Source: Candidatus Izemoplasmatales bacterium
Lineage (GTDB): Bacteria > Bacillota_I > Bacilli_A > Izemoplasmatales > Hujiaoplasmataceae
DNA: 64,000 nt
Assembly: GCA_050949045.1 (NCBI GenBank)
Contig: JBMNEZ010000001.1
Location: 448,001 to 512,000 of the forward strand
Direction: 5' to 3'
Part shown: positions 51,126 through 61,188 of the stretch, one piece after another
Numbering within the stretch: the stretch's first letter is position 1
How the letters are laid out: each line of letters begins with the position of its first letter
Translations under genes and position numbers: made by a program
The notes under the pieces: model-generated
Told to the model about the DNA's origin: nothing
Database searches by the model: none
Seen by the model: only the letters and a program-made list of their open reading frames with translations

Positions 51126-52925
51126 ATGAAACAATTTATATCATTGCTTAAGCCGGATCGGAAAAGGATAATATTGATTTCTGTGTTGCTACTTGTTGGT
51201 GTAGCAGCTTCTCTTGCGTTGCCCACTCTGCTTAGTGAGATTATCGATAAAGGTATAAACCAGTTGGACTTTGATTATGTATGGAAAAACGCGGTACTAA
51301 TGCTAGTTCTTAGTATAATCGGAGTAATGATTAGCTTAGTGGTAAATAAGTTACTAGCTGAAGTTTATGCTTCGTATGGTAGAAGACTTAGAGACATGGT
51401 GTTTCATAAAGCTAATACCTTAACATATGAAACCGTAAATAAAATTGGGCCGTCTTCGCTCCTAACTAGATCGACAGAAGACACTTGGATTGTAACTATG
51501 ATGGCAGCCACTGCAATTAGCAATATGGTTACTATACCGGTGCTTTTGATAGGCGGAACCGTCTTAGCTTTTATTAGAGACTGGTCGTTAGCTCTCATTA
51601 TGTTTGCCAGTGTGCCTGTGCTTATGTCGATATTAATTTTCGTTTCTAAAAAAACGACACCGCTTTGGATGAAAAGCGATGAGTATATCGATATTCAAAA
51701 CGCGATAATAAAAGAGAGACTGACTGGCATCAGGGTTATTAGGGCTTTCAATAAAGAAGAGCAAGAAATGAAAAGAGCTAAAGACGCGACCAATGTGATG
51801 GCGGAAAACATTATTAAAGCTAATGTACATATGGGCATAGTCCCGCCAGTGTCTATTTTAACACTTAACCTTATCGTAATCCTTGTTTATACACTGGGAG
51901 CACTTAAAATGCAGCGACCAGGGAGTGCCCTTAGTGCGGGCAATATTGTGTCTGTTATTGAATATATTTCGCTTGCGATGTTTTCCATTATGAATATAAC
52001 GCATGCATTTGCAATGTTTCCCAGGGTTAAAGTTAGCTATAAGCGCATTAAAGAAGTATTGGATGCTGAAGGGATCCAGCCAATTACAGAAGCTGACAGT
52101 CTTCCGCTCACTGGGAATATCCGCTTTGAAGATGTTAGGTTTACCTATCCTAATGCTCTTGCTCCATCACTGACTGATTTAAATTTTGAAATAAAAAAAG
52201 GCGAAAAAGTAGCCTTCATAGGCGGGACTGGATCTGGGAAAACAACTGTAGTAAATCTACTGATGGGCTTTTTTGATAATACTGCTGGTACTATCTACTT
52301 TGACGGTGAAGAAGTCAGTAAAGTAAGCGTGCATAGACGTAGGAAGAACATTGCCTGTGTACTACAAAAAACCAACATTTTCCAAGGAACAGTTAAAAGC
52401 AATGTGCTGATGGGAAAAAAGGATGCAAATGATGAAGAGGTGTTAGAGGCATTAAAAGATGCCCAACTGGAGAGTTTTCTAAAAGAGCATGATGAAGGTT
52501 TGAATTATGAAATTCAACATTCAGGCAGTAATTTATCAGGCGGTCAAAAACAAAGACTGGCAATCGCAAGAGCTATTTTGAAAAAATCACCGATATACAT
52601 TTTTGATGACAGTTTTTCTGCACTGGATTTTTTAACCGAATCTAAAATCAGAAGAAAGTTAAATGAAAAGCTAGCTGGCATTACGCAGATATTTATAACT
52701 CAAAGAGTGGCTTCCGCTATGAGTTGTGATCGGATATATGTCTTAGATAAGGGCAAAATAATCGCAAGCGGTAAGCACAAAGAACTACTTGAAGGATGCA
52801 AAATATACAAGGAAATCTATTTATCTCAAACAGGTGGAGTGTTATTAAACGAAAACCTCGCGTTATCAGGTGGAGAAAAGCAAGATGAGTCACTATCAAA
52901 AACAGGAGGGAATGCTGATGGGTAA
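51126..52925 (+). CDS. Heterodimeric ABC exporter, subunit 1 (TMD+NBD, degenerate site)
   Basis: TM domain, GGTGSGKTT, LSGGQKQR, YIFDDSFSALD, ITQR. Confidence 0.93.
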   Translation: MKQFISLLKPDRKRIILISVLLLVGVAASLALPTLLSEIIDKGINQLDFDYVWKNAVLMLVLSIIGVMISLVVNKLLAEVYASYGRRLRDMVFHKANTLTYETVNKIGPSSLLTRSTEDTWIVTMMAATAISNMVTIPVLLIGGTVLAFIRDWSLALIMFASVPVLMSILIFVSKKTTPLWMKSDEYIDIQNAIIKERLTGIRVIRAFNKEEQEMKRAKDATNVMAENIIKANVHMGIVPPVSILTLNLIVILVYTLGALKMQRPGSALSAGNIVSVIEYISLAMFSIMNITHAFAMFPRVKVSYKRIKEVLDAEGIQPITEADSLPLTGNIRFEDVRFTYPNALAPSLTDLNFEIKKGEKVAFIGGTGSGKTTVVNLLMGFFDNTAGTIYFDGEEVSKVSVHRRRKNIACVLQKTNIFQGTVKSNVLMGKKDANDEEVLEALKDAQLESFLKEHDEGLNYEIQHSGSNLSGGQKQRLAIARAILKKSPIYIFDDSFSALDFLTESKIRRKLNEKLAGITQIFITQRVASAMSCDRIYVLDKGKIIASGKHKELLEGCKIYKEIYLSQTGGVLLNENLALSGGEKQDESLSKTGGNADG

Positions 52926-54708
52926 ATCAACAAAACCTCGTGTTAAAAAAGAAAGAGATAGAACTGTTTTAAGATTGCTGTTTGAAGCTAAAAAAATCCG
53001 CTCCGGACTAATAGTGGGGAGTGTTTTAGCTATACTTGTCATTGCGACCAATATGGTGGCACCGCTGTTTACAAAAGAAATAGTCGATATTTTAAATCAT
53101 TTTTGGCTTGTAAAGGGAACGGATCAAACATTTGATTTAATGCAAGCAGTGTCGATGCCAATTTTATTGCTACTTGCCATATATGTTATAAAATCTATCC
53201 TAACGTATATAAAAATGCTAGTCATGAACTTTACCGTCAGTAGGCACTTTACGGCAAATATCCGCATTCAGATGTCAGACAAAATTAAAATGTTACCAGT
53301 CAGTTATGTGGATAAAACGGAGCCAGGTCAACTGCTTTCAAGAATAGTGTCCGATGTGTCCGATATGGGAAATACTATACATCAAGTTATCGATACATTA
53401 ATAATGGGCGTTTTCCAAGTTATAGCGATGATGGTCATGATGATCATTATAAATTGGCAACTAGCCTTGGTGGTGATTGGTGTTGTCCCAATCTCGATGG
53501 TATTAGCTACGATAATCGGGGGAAAAAGCTCGAAGCATTTTACAAAAGAAAGAGAGATTGTAGAAAAATACTATGTACAGTTGGAGGAAACCTATTCTGG
53601 GTATGCTACTGTCAAAGCATATGGATTGGAATCGGATGTTGAGGACGAAGCTGCGAGCATAAATAAAAAAATGGCGGAATCTACAAGCAAGGGCCATACG
53701 CTGATAGGGATGATGGTTCCTGTCGTAACGTTCACCAGCAGTATAACATATGCATTGATTTGTCTGCTGGGCGGCTATCTTGCGATTAACGGGATTCTAT
53801 CACTGGGCGGAGTTATTGCAATTTTATTATATTCCAAACAATTTAGTCAGCCTTTAAATCAAATAGCACAAGGTATGGGCTATATGCAGAAAGTCAAAGT
53901 GTCTGCTAAAAGAGTATATGAAATGCTAGACCATGAAGAGATGGAAGTCATAGAAGGGGAAATGCCAAAAGAGATAGAAGGGCACGTTAAGTTTGAAGAT
54001 GTGAACTTTAGTTACAGGAAGGATAAGCCCCTTATCGAAAACTTGAATATAGATATCAAAAAAGGACAAAAGGTAGCTATTGTCGGGCCGACAGGCGCAG
54101 GAAAGACGACGATAGTTAATTTGCTTATGCGTTTTTATGACATACAAAGTGGTCATATTTACATTGATGGAGTGGATATTAATACGGTATCTAGAGAAAG
54201 CGTACGAGACTTGTTTTCAATGGTCTTACAAGAAACATGGCTCTTTAAGGGAACCGTATTTGAAAACATAGCATATGCAAAAGAAGGAGCGACTTTAGAA
54301 GAAGTCATGGAGGCTTGCGATCACGCTTATGCGGACCATTTCATTCGCGCATTACCAGATGGATATGACACTATGCTAGATGAAGGAACATCTAATTTGT
54401 CAGGCGGACAAAAGCAGCTGCTTACCATTGCCAGAGCATTTTTATCAGCCCGAGAACTACTCATTCTAGATGAAGCAACCTCCAATGTGGACACTAGAAC
54501 AGAAATCTTGATCCAAAAAGCAATGGATAAACTTATGAAGGATAAGACGGCATTTGTGATAGCTCACAGGTTATCAACTATAGCGAATGCCGATTTGATT
54601 TTGGTTATAAATGATGGCAGTATAGTAGAGACAGGTACGCATAGATCGTTGCTGGAAAAAGATGGTTTCTATGCTGAAATATATAACAGTCAGTATCTGA
54701 CCAAATAA
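52918..54708 (+). CDS. Heterodimeric ABC exporter, subunit 2 (TMD+NBD, consensus site)
   Basis: GPTGAGKTT, LSGGQKQ, ILDEATSNVD, IAHRLST. Confidence 0.94.
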   Translation: MGKSTKPRVKKERDRTVLRLLFEAKKIRSGLIVGSVLAILVIATNMVAPLFTKEIVDILNHFWLVKGTDQTFDLMQAVSMPILLLLAIYVIKSILTYIKMLVMNFTVSRHFTANIRIQMSDKIKMLPVSYVDKTEPGQLLSRIVSDVSDMGNTIHQVIDTLIMGVFQVIAMMVMMIIINWQLALVVIGVVPISMVLATIIGGKSSKHFTKEREIVEKYYVQLEETYSGYATVKAYGLESDVEDEAASINKKMAESTSKGHTLIGMMVPVVTFTSSITYALICLLGGYLAINGILSLGGVIAILLYSKQFSQPLNQIAQGMGYMQKVKVSAKRVYEMLDHEEMEVIEGEMPKEIEGHVKFEDVNFSYRKDKPLIENLNIDIKKGQKVAIVGPTGAGKTTIVNLLMRFYDIQSGHIYIDGVDINTVSRESVRDLFSMVLQETWLFKGTVFENIAYAKEGATLEEVMEACDHAYADHFIRALPDGYDTMLDEGTSNLSGGQKQLLTIARAFLSARELLILDEATSNVDTRTEILIQKAMDKLMKDKTAFVIAHRLSTIANADLILVINDGSIVETGTHRSLLEKDGFYAEIYNSQYLTK

Positions 54709-54829
54709 TAGAAAACTATTCAATAGCATCTTCACTTGTGATTAGAAACAAGGAATATAAAATACACATATAAAACAGAAGAAAATCCAATCGCAAACTG
54801 ATTGTTTTAACATTTAGTGACGCTGATGA

Positions 54830-56137
54830 TCATCCCGTAAAAAATTCATCTCGCACCAGGTCTTGAAGAAATATTTTTCTTGTTCTCGCTCCCTTTGCTT
54901 GCTCAAAAAGGTCATATCCCTCTTTTTGACAGGCGGGGCAGGCTTTTCTCGGTATCGTGATTCCCAGAAGCGTTGCTCCCCTATCATTATGAGATTGGAT
55001 CGTATCTACTCCCGGACAGTTCGGACAGAGCCTAAATTCTTGAACTTGTGATTCCATGATACCGACAGTATCATAATAGACTCGACGGTTTCTCTTCACG
55101 GAAAACTGGCCCTCAAAGCGCTTTCTCCCAAGAGATTCTTTGTGTTGCCAAATATGAAGAACCTCTTCGGAAATTCTCTTCACTTGCTCGGTAACCATGC
55201 CGGACTGTTTCCATTTTCCGAGATGATAATCGGGCTCCACAACACCTGAATAGTCAAGCCCAGCCATAGCGAGAATAATACCGGTATTCACATACGGCAG
55301 TGCCCCCTGAATCGAATATCCACCTTCTAAAACGGCGATATCGGGGTTTAAGCGGCTGTTGAGTTTGGCATATCCTTGAGCGGAAAAGTTCATATTAGTA
55401 AGGGGATCAGTGTAGTGATTGTCCTGCCCCGCCGAGTTTATGATGAGATCCGGCTTGTAATCCTTGAGAATGGGAAGGACGGTGTTTTCAAGGACGTACT
55501 GAAATCCTTCGTCTCCGGTATATGGCGGAAGCGGTATATTGACATTGTACCCGTAGGCAGACGGTCCGCCGAGATCTTCTATCGGCCCTGTTCCCGGATA
55601 GAGGGTTCGGCCGTCCTGATGGAAGGAGATAAAGAGGGTATCTGGATCATTCCAGTAGATATCTTCCGTCCCGTCTCCATGATGACAGTCGGTATCGACG
55701 ATGGCAACCCTCATATCACCATATTTTTGCCGTGCATAGGCAAGGCCGACGGCTTCGATATTAACGATGCAAAAACCCCTGTCGCCGTAAACTACGCGCT
55801 GGGCATGATGTCCGGGCGGTCTTACAAGCGCAAAGGACTTATCCGTTTCCTTACTGAGAACCGCATCGAAAGCTCTCATAACTCCGCCCGCTGCAATCAA
55901 ATGAGATTCTGTAAGCAGCTCTTCACTGCTCGGATAACAAAAATGGACGCGATCAATGTCTTTTTTTGTCGCAATCAGAGGATTGAAAAAATGAATTCCC
56001 TCCACATCCTCGATCCCTTCTTCGAGCAATTGATCCTGTGTATAGAGCAACCTTTCTTCTCTTTCCGGATGGGTGGGCGAGATTGCCCAATCGAAGGCGG
56101 GAAAAAGTATCAGTCCGAGTTTGTTCTTCGCTTTCAT
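54830..56137 (-). CDS. Histone deacetylase family (Zn-dependent amidohydrolase) protein
   Basis: HPEREERL, RPPGHHA, GFC, DTDCHHGDGT, SFHQ, YPGTG, SAGQD, LEGGY; C-terminal CxxC...CxxC. Confidence 0.92.
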   Translation of the reverse strand: MKAKNKLGLILFPAFDWAISPTHPEREERLLYTQDQLLEEGIEDVEGIHFFNPLIATKKDIDRVHFCYPSSEELLTESHLIAAGGVMRAFDAVLSKETDKSFALVRPPGHHAQRVVYGDRGFCIVNIEAVGLAYARQKYGDMRVAIVDTDCHHGDGTEDIYWNDPDTLFISFHQDGRTLYPGTGPIEDLGGPSAYGYNVNIPLPPYTGDEGFQYVLENTVLPILKDYKPDLIINSAGQDNHYTDPLTNMNFSAQGYAKLNSRLNPDIAVLEGGYSIQGALPYVNTGIILAMAGLDYSGVVEPDYHLGKWKQSGMVTEQVKRISEEVLHIWQHKESLGRKRFEGQFSVKRNRRVYYDTVGIMESQVQEFRLCPNCPGVDTIQSHNDRGATLLGITIPRKACPACQKEGYDLFEQAKGARTRKIFLQDLVRDEFFTG

Positions 56138-57804
56138 CGCCTTTTATCCTCTCTGTTCGTAATAAGTCCTGGTTTAATCTGAGCCCTTACCCTGATATTT
56201 TTGTTAACCCTGTATCCTTTGACCATATTGAAGCTGCTTGCCTCGACGATTTCGGTTTCTGAAGCATCAGGTGCTAGGCCCATAGCCTCACCTGCCAGCT
56301 TAACTTCGCTTAAAGCGCGCTTTTTTGCCTTTTCCAGGTCATAGGACTTATCGATCCTTTCGTAGACGCCTCTTTCCGGAATAGAGAGAATTTCTCTTTC
56401 GGTGTCGGCTAAGAGGTTAATCTCTGCCGTAGGCCTTGCCAAGGCGGCGCCGATCGCATTGGCAATTTCGTGATTTTGGGGATATTCCACCGGCATCTCG
56501 AATACTTTCTCCAGATATTTGGAAAGCGCTTTTGCCGGTCCGCCGATTACGCCGATCGACTGTGGTTTTAAAGTTCTGTCAGCCAACAACTCTCTTATCG
56601 TATATACGGGACTCGCATTGATCTTTTTAAGAGCGCTTTCAACGACTTCTTTAATGGACTTACAGAATTTGTCGATGATTTTCTCGGCAAATTCTTTAGG
56701 GGACATTTGAATTTCTTTCGCCATGCTTGCCAGTGCTTCTATGCTTTCGCGTTTGTATTCGCCTTCCATGGCGTCGAGATAGACGAGGGCATCGGTTGGT
56801 GTAAGATATTTTCCGCCAAAGGCGATTGCATGATCCTTTCTCTTTGGGCCAATCTTCAGTTCTCCTTCCTCGATGCGGACATAACTGTCACCGCCAAGAC
56901 CGATAGATGTACTGTGAATAGCACGCACCAGCGTTTTATGGCCGCCGATTTCGATACCAGAAGGTTCAAAGACCGGTACCCCATCTACGAGAAAAAACAA
57001 ATCTGTCGTAGTTCCGCCAATGTCAAGGAGGCAGCGATCTGTCTCTTTCTCTTTTAAGAGGGCTGTCATTCCCATAAGGCTGGCAGCAGGACCTGAGAGG
57101 ATGGTCTCTACGGGTTTTGTTATGGCGCCTTTGAGATTGATAGTCCCACCATCGGCCTTTAGAATATAAACCGGGGCACTGATCCCTTCGCGTTTTAGAG
57201 ATTCTTCTATGTTATCTATAAATGATTTGAATGCGGAATGGACAGCGGCATTGAAATAGGCGGTCCTAACCCTTCTCGGGAAATTCAATTTCCCGGAAAG
57301 GGTATGCCCCATCGTGATCTCGCGATAGTCATTTCGCAAATACTCGGCCGTCCGTTTTTCAAAAGCGGGGTTTCGAGACGAAAATTTGCCGATGACGGCA
57401 ATGGCTTCTACAGAATTACAAAGAAAGTGCTCTTTTGTTTTTAATAATTCATCCGCAGTCTCACTGCTTATTGGTATGCCTCTGTGATCCACGCTCCCCG
57501 TGACATCTACAACATGTTCGCACAAATTGTCGAACTCCCATTTTAGTCCCGGCCCCCTCTGTAAGATGATCCCCACTTTGGGAATTTTATTTTCCACTAT
57601 GGCATTGGTCGAAACGGTGGTGCTGAGCTGAATTCTTTGTATTTCTTCCTTATTTATCCCCTTTGTGAGTTCTTTTATACAATCCCAAACATTGTGAAAG
57701 TTATCACCCTTATTCACTGGCCGCTTGATTTGCCTCACAATTTGGCCTTCATCAATAACGACTCCGTCGATATTAGTGCCACCCATATCGATACCGATAA
57801 TCAA
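56134..57804 (-). CDS. Hydantoinase/oxoprolinase A family protein
   Basis: IGIDMGGTNIDGV, STTVSTNAIVE, PVETILSGPAAS, DIGGTTTD, GLGGDS, TPTDA, ANAIGAALA; TTG start at 57804. Confidence 0.92.
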   Translation of the reverse strand: MIIGIDMGGTNIDGVVIDEGQIVRQIKRPVNKGDNFHNVWDCIKELTKGINKEEIQRIQLSTTVSTNAIVENKIPKVGIILQRGPGLKWEFDNLCEHVVDVTGSVDHRGIPISSETADELLKTKEHFLCNSVEAIAVIGKFSSRNPAFEKRTAEYLRNDYREITMGHTLSGKLNFPRRVRTAYFNAAVHSAFKSFIDNIEESLKREGISAPVYILKADGGTINLKGAITKPVETILSGPAASLMGMTALLKEKETDRCLLDIGGTTTDLFFLVDGVPVFEPSGIEIGGHKTLVRAIHSTSIGLGGDSYVRIEEGELKIGPKRKDHAIAFGGKYLTPTDALVYLDAMEGEYKRESIEALASMAKEIQMSPKEFAEKIIDKFCKSIKEVVESALKKINASPVYTIRELLADRTLKPQSIGVIGGPAKALSKYLEKVFEMPVEYPQNHEIANAIGAALARPTAEINLLADTEREILSIPERGVYERIDKSYDLEKAKKRALSEVKLAGEAMGLAPDASETEIVEASSFNMVKGYRVNKNIRVRAQIKPGLITNREDKRR

Positions 57805-58044
57805 GATTCCACCTCCTTTAAAAAACAAACCAAAATACCAAAAATAATCTTACTCTTATAAACTACCACACAAATACGAAAATAACAAAGGAGAAAGGCA
57901 ACAAGCAATAATAATTTCAGACTTGCAATTCTGCTGTTCCTTTTTTTTATTTATAACATATTAATTAATAATACGAACATATATTGGCTTTAGTAGTGAA
58001 TATCATATCTAACAAGGAAGATTGAGTGATGTTGCCATAGATGG

Positions 58045-58073
58045 TTGACAATGAGGCTAAGACAGAATAAAAT
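58045..58073 (+). promoter_or_regulatory. SigA promoter of the MMPL gene
   Basis: TTGACA-17 nt-TAAAAT. Confidence 0.6.
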
Positions 58074-58169
58074 AAAATGGATAATAGATTGTAGTATATT
58101 ATAGCCTTATGGCGTTTGATTATAGCCTTTGATGTCAATTACTAAATTATAGGCTGAGAGGTTACGCGT

Positions 58170-60407
58170 ATGAAGAAGAAACGGGTTAAAAAATGGTCGG
58201 GGACAGTAATCGCTCTCTTATTTTGGATAGCGATTGTCATCGCCTCATTATTTGCCGTTCCGCTTGTAACCATCAACTATGATTCTACCAAATATCTTCC
58301 CGATGACATGAAGACGAAACAGTCGCTTGCGGTGATGGAGGCGGAGTTCGGACTCAAGGGACAGGCAAATGTCATGATTGGTTCTGTCGACTCGATTGAA
58401 GAAGCGCTTCGTTACAAAGATGCCCTCAAAAGCATCGATGGGGTCATGGATATCTTATGGCTAGATACTTTTATTGAGGGCGAGCAATTGGTTAAACTAG
58501 ACGAAGCGATCTTAGACATGGGTTTCAACATCTCCGAATTCGACATAACCGGTTTGAATCAGTTTTACCGAAATCACAATGTGCTGTTTCAGGTAATCTT
58601 CGACGGGGCCGACAACGCCCCGACAACGGTTAAAGCGATTAATGAGATCAGAGAGTATCTTGCCTTGATCGAGGAACCTTTCGCGATGTCCGGAACCGCG
58701 ACCGCGACCTATTTCACCAGAACATTGACGGAGAGCGAGACCTTAGGCGTGGTCGTCTATATCCTGCCGCTGGCGCTGCTCATTTTGGTTTTATTCACCA
58801 AGAGCTGGCTCGAGCCTCTGATCTATATGTTTGTCGTCGGTGTCTCCGTTCTCGTCAATATGGGAACAAACTTCATCTTTCCCTCGGTGTCCTTCCTGAC
58901 AAACTCAACCGCGATGCTCTTACAAATGGCGATAGTGATGGACTATTCTATCTTTATTTTGAATCGCTATCGTATGAGCAAGGAAGCCGGTCTTTCGACC
59001 AGAGCGGCGCTCAAGGAAGCTAGAAAAAAATCGTTTATCCCCGTTACCTCGAGCATGTTGACGACGGTGGCGAGTTTCATCGCTTTGATGTTCATGCGTT
59101 ACACTATCGGGATGGATATGGCTCTCGTCATGATCAAAGGCATCCTCATCAGTATGGTCACCGCCTTTTTCCTTTTGCCTGTTCTAGTCCGTGTTTTCAA
59201 CCGAGCTTTGGTTAAAACTGAGCACAAAATCTTCTTTCCGGAGTTTCAGGGCATATGGAAATTCGTTTTCAAACTCCGCTATGTCATCGTCGCCGCTGTT
59301 CTTATTTTGTTGGTCCCGGCCTACAATGCTCAGAACCGAAACCGGTTCATCTACGGTGACAGTGCCATTTCGGCGAGCGCGGGAACAAGGCCGTATCAAG
59401 AGAAAGAAGAAATCGACAGAGTCTTTGGCAAAAGCAACATGGTCGTGGTGCTGGTTCCTGCTGGGACCGAGATGGAACGCCAAATGATCGATCAAATCGT
59501 CGCCGATCTGGCAAGTAATGGGATCACCGCGAGCGCTCAGGCGCTCTCGACTTTAACCGATATCAACACTTATCTTGGAAGCGTTCCGGCCGAGATTCAG
59601 ACGCTCGTAAGCAATTTCATCTCTTCTGACTGGATCGAAGAACAATTTCCACAAGAAATGAAAGAACAACTGGTGAGTGAGAACTACTCGCGGATCATCT
59701 TCAATATCGCGACCGACACCGAATCGCCCGAAGCCCTGCTTGCGGTATCTAGGATGAGGGCGATCGTGCCTCAGTATTATCCAAACCAGTCGACATATCA
59801 TATCATCGGCTCCAGTTCGAGCGTCTCCGAGATCAAGGAAATCGTCGAAAGCGATCTTGTTATCGTCAATGCTGTCTCGATCGGATTGGTGCTTTTGATC
59901 CTGATCATCACCCTGAGGAGCCTGATCTTGCCCTTTATCCTTGTATTTTGTATCGAGATCTCCGTCTGGATCAATATGGCGATTCCCTATTTTACCGGGA
60001 AACCAATCATTTTCATCGGATATTTGATTGTCAGTTCAATTCAGTTGGGAGCGACGATCGATTATGGCATTCTCCTCACCCACAATTATCTCGATGCCAG
60101 GAAGACGATGGAAAAGCAGGATGCGCTCAAGATCGCACTGAAGGATTCATTACATTCGGTATTGACTTCGCTGATGATTCTCGCGGCGGCTGGGTATTCC
60201 CTCTATTTTATTTCGAGCATCGAGGGAGTTGCGATACTCGGTGAACTGATCGGTAGAGGCGGTCTTTTGTCTGGGTTCTTCGTCTTATTCTTCCTGCCTC
60301 TCTTACTGTATTTCTTCGATGGCATAATCGGGAAGTTGACTTGGAAATCGCACTTTTATCCGTGGACTCCCAAAGAAACGGAAACAATCGAAGAAGAAGA
60401 CGATTAA
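58170..60407 (+). CDS. MMPL/RND family transporter
   Basis: Two internal repeats with INYDSTKYLP, LQMAIVMDYSIF and IQLGATIDYGILL; about 12 TM segments. Confidence 0.9.
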   Translation: MKKKRVKKWSGTVIALLFWIAIVIASLFAVPLVTINYDSTKYLPDDMKTKQSLAVMEAEFGLKGQANVMIGSVDSIEEALRYKDALKSIDGVMDILWLDTFIEGEQLVKLDEAILDMGFNISEFDITGLNQFYRNHNVLFQVIFDGADNAPTTVKAINEIREYLALIEEPFAMSGTATATYFTRTLTESETLGVVVYILPLALLILVLFTKSWLEPLIYMFVVGVSVLVNMGTNFIFPSVSFLTNSTAMLLQMAIVMDYSIFILNRYRMSKEAGLSTRAALKEARKKSFIPVTSSMLTTVASFIALMFMRYTIGMDMALVMIKGILISMVTAFFLLPVLVRVFNRALVKTEHKIFFPEFQGIWKFVFKLRYVIVAAVLILLVPAYNAQNRNRFIYGDSAISASAGTRPYQEKEEIDRVFGKSNMVVVLVPAGTEMERQMIDQIVADLASNGITASAQALSTLTDINTYLGSVPAEIQTLVSNFISSDWIEEQFPQEMKEQLVSENYSRIIFNIATDTESPEALLAVSRMRAIVPQYYPNQSTYHIIGSSSSVSEIKEIVESDLVIVNAVSIGLVLLILIITLRSLILPFILVFCIEISVWINMAIPYFTGKPIIFIGYLIVSSIQLGATIDYGILLTHNYLDARKTMEKQDALKIALKDSLHSVLTSLMILAAAGYSLYFISSIEGVAILGELIGRGGLLSGFFVLFFLPLLLYFFDGIIGKLTWKSHFYPWTPKETETIEEEDD

Positions 60408-61188
60408 AAAACCTGTTTTACGGGCTTTAAATTGTACAAATAGTATATGATATTCTTTAGGCGTTTATTCAAAACAACGCTCTTTTTTGTGAGCATTATA
60501 AAGGTTATTACCTTATATGCTAAAATGATATCTCCCTGTGTTGCTTGATAGAGCACATAACTTTATCAATTTTTTTCGCTAAGCATAAATGAAATGGAAA
60601 TTGCTATTTTTCGTATAGTATAGTATGTTTGGCAATTAATGCTATATATGGTCGCACACAGAAAGGCTATTAGTTATTTACTCTAAATTATCTTAAATTG
60701 TGCAATCAAAACAACATAGAGTGAAAAAAGATTTCAGTGGTTATATTTGAAAACGAGAAAAAAGAACAAGAAGATCTTATTAATGAAAAAAAATAAAAAT
60801 TATATGATTTGTAACATTTCGTCACTTTTTTCATTTTAGGTATTTATTTTATTCACATGTTGTGTTAAAATATACACAGTTCGTGCAAAAGCCTGCACAA
60901 ATCGTATTTATTATGGGTTATATCTTATATGTTATGCTTATGCGTAACACAAATGGTTATATCTGTAGTATAAAAAGAAAAATCATAGTCAAGCGAAGAA
61001 TGATTGTCGAAGACATTGGTCAAAGTGATTAATGTGCAGTTATGGAAGAGAGATCAGATTATGTTTTCTTGAGTTCGTTTAGAATCAAACATATATTAAG
61101 GAAAGAAAGGAGTAAAAAATATTTGAGAAGGAAAATTGTTTTACCCATCAACAAAATAAAGTTTCAAAAAAAAATATAGGAGGAAAAA

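Noticed and set aside
37017..57900. Integrase, transposase or prophage genes for the two tRNA-linked islands
   Set aside because: No ORF with tyrosine/serine recombinase, DDE or phage structural motifs was found by eye.
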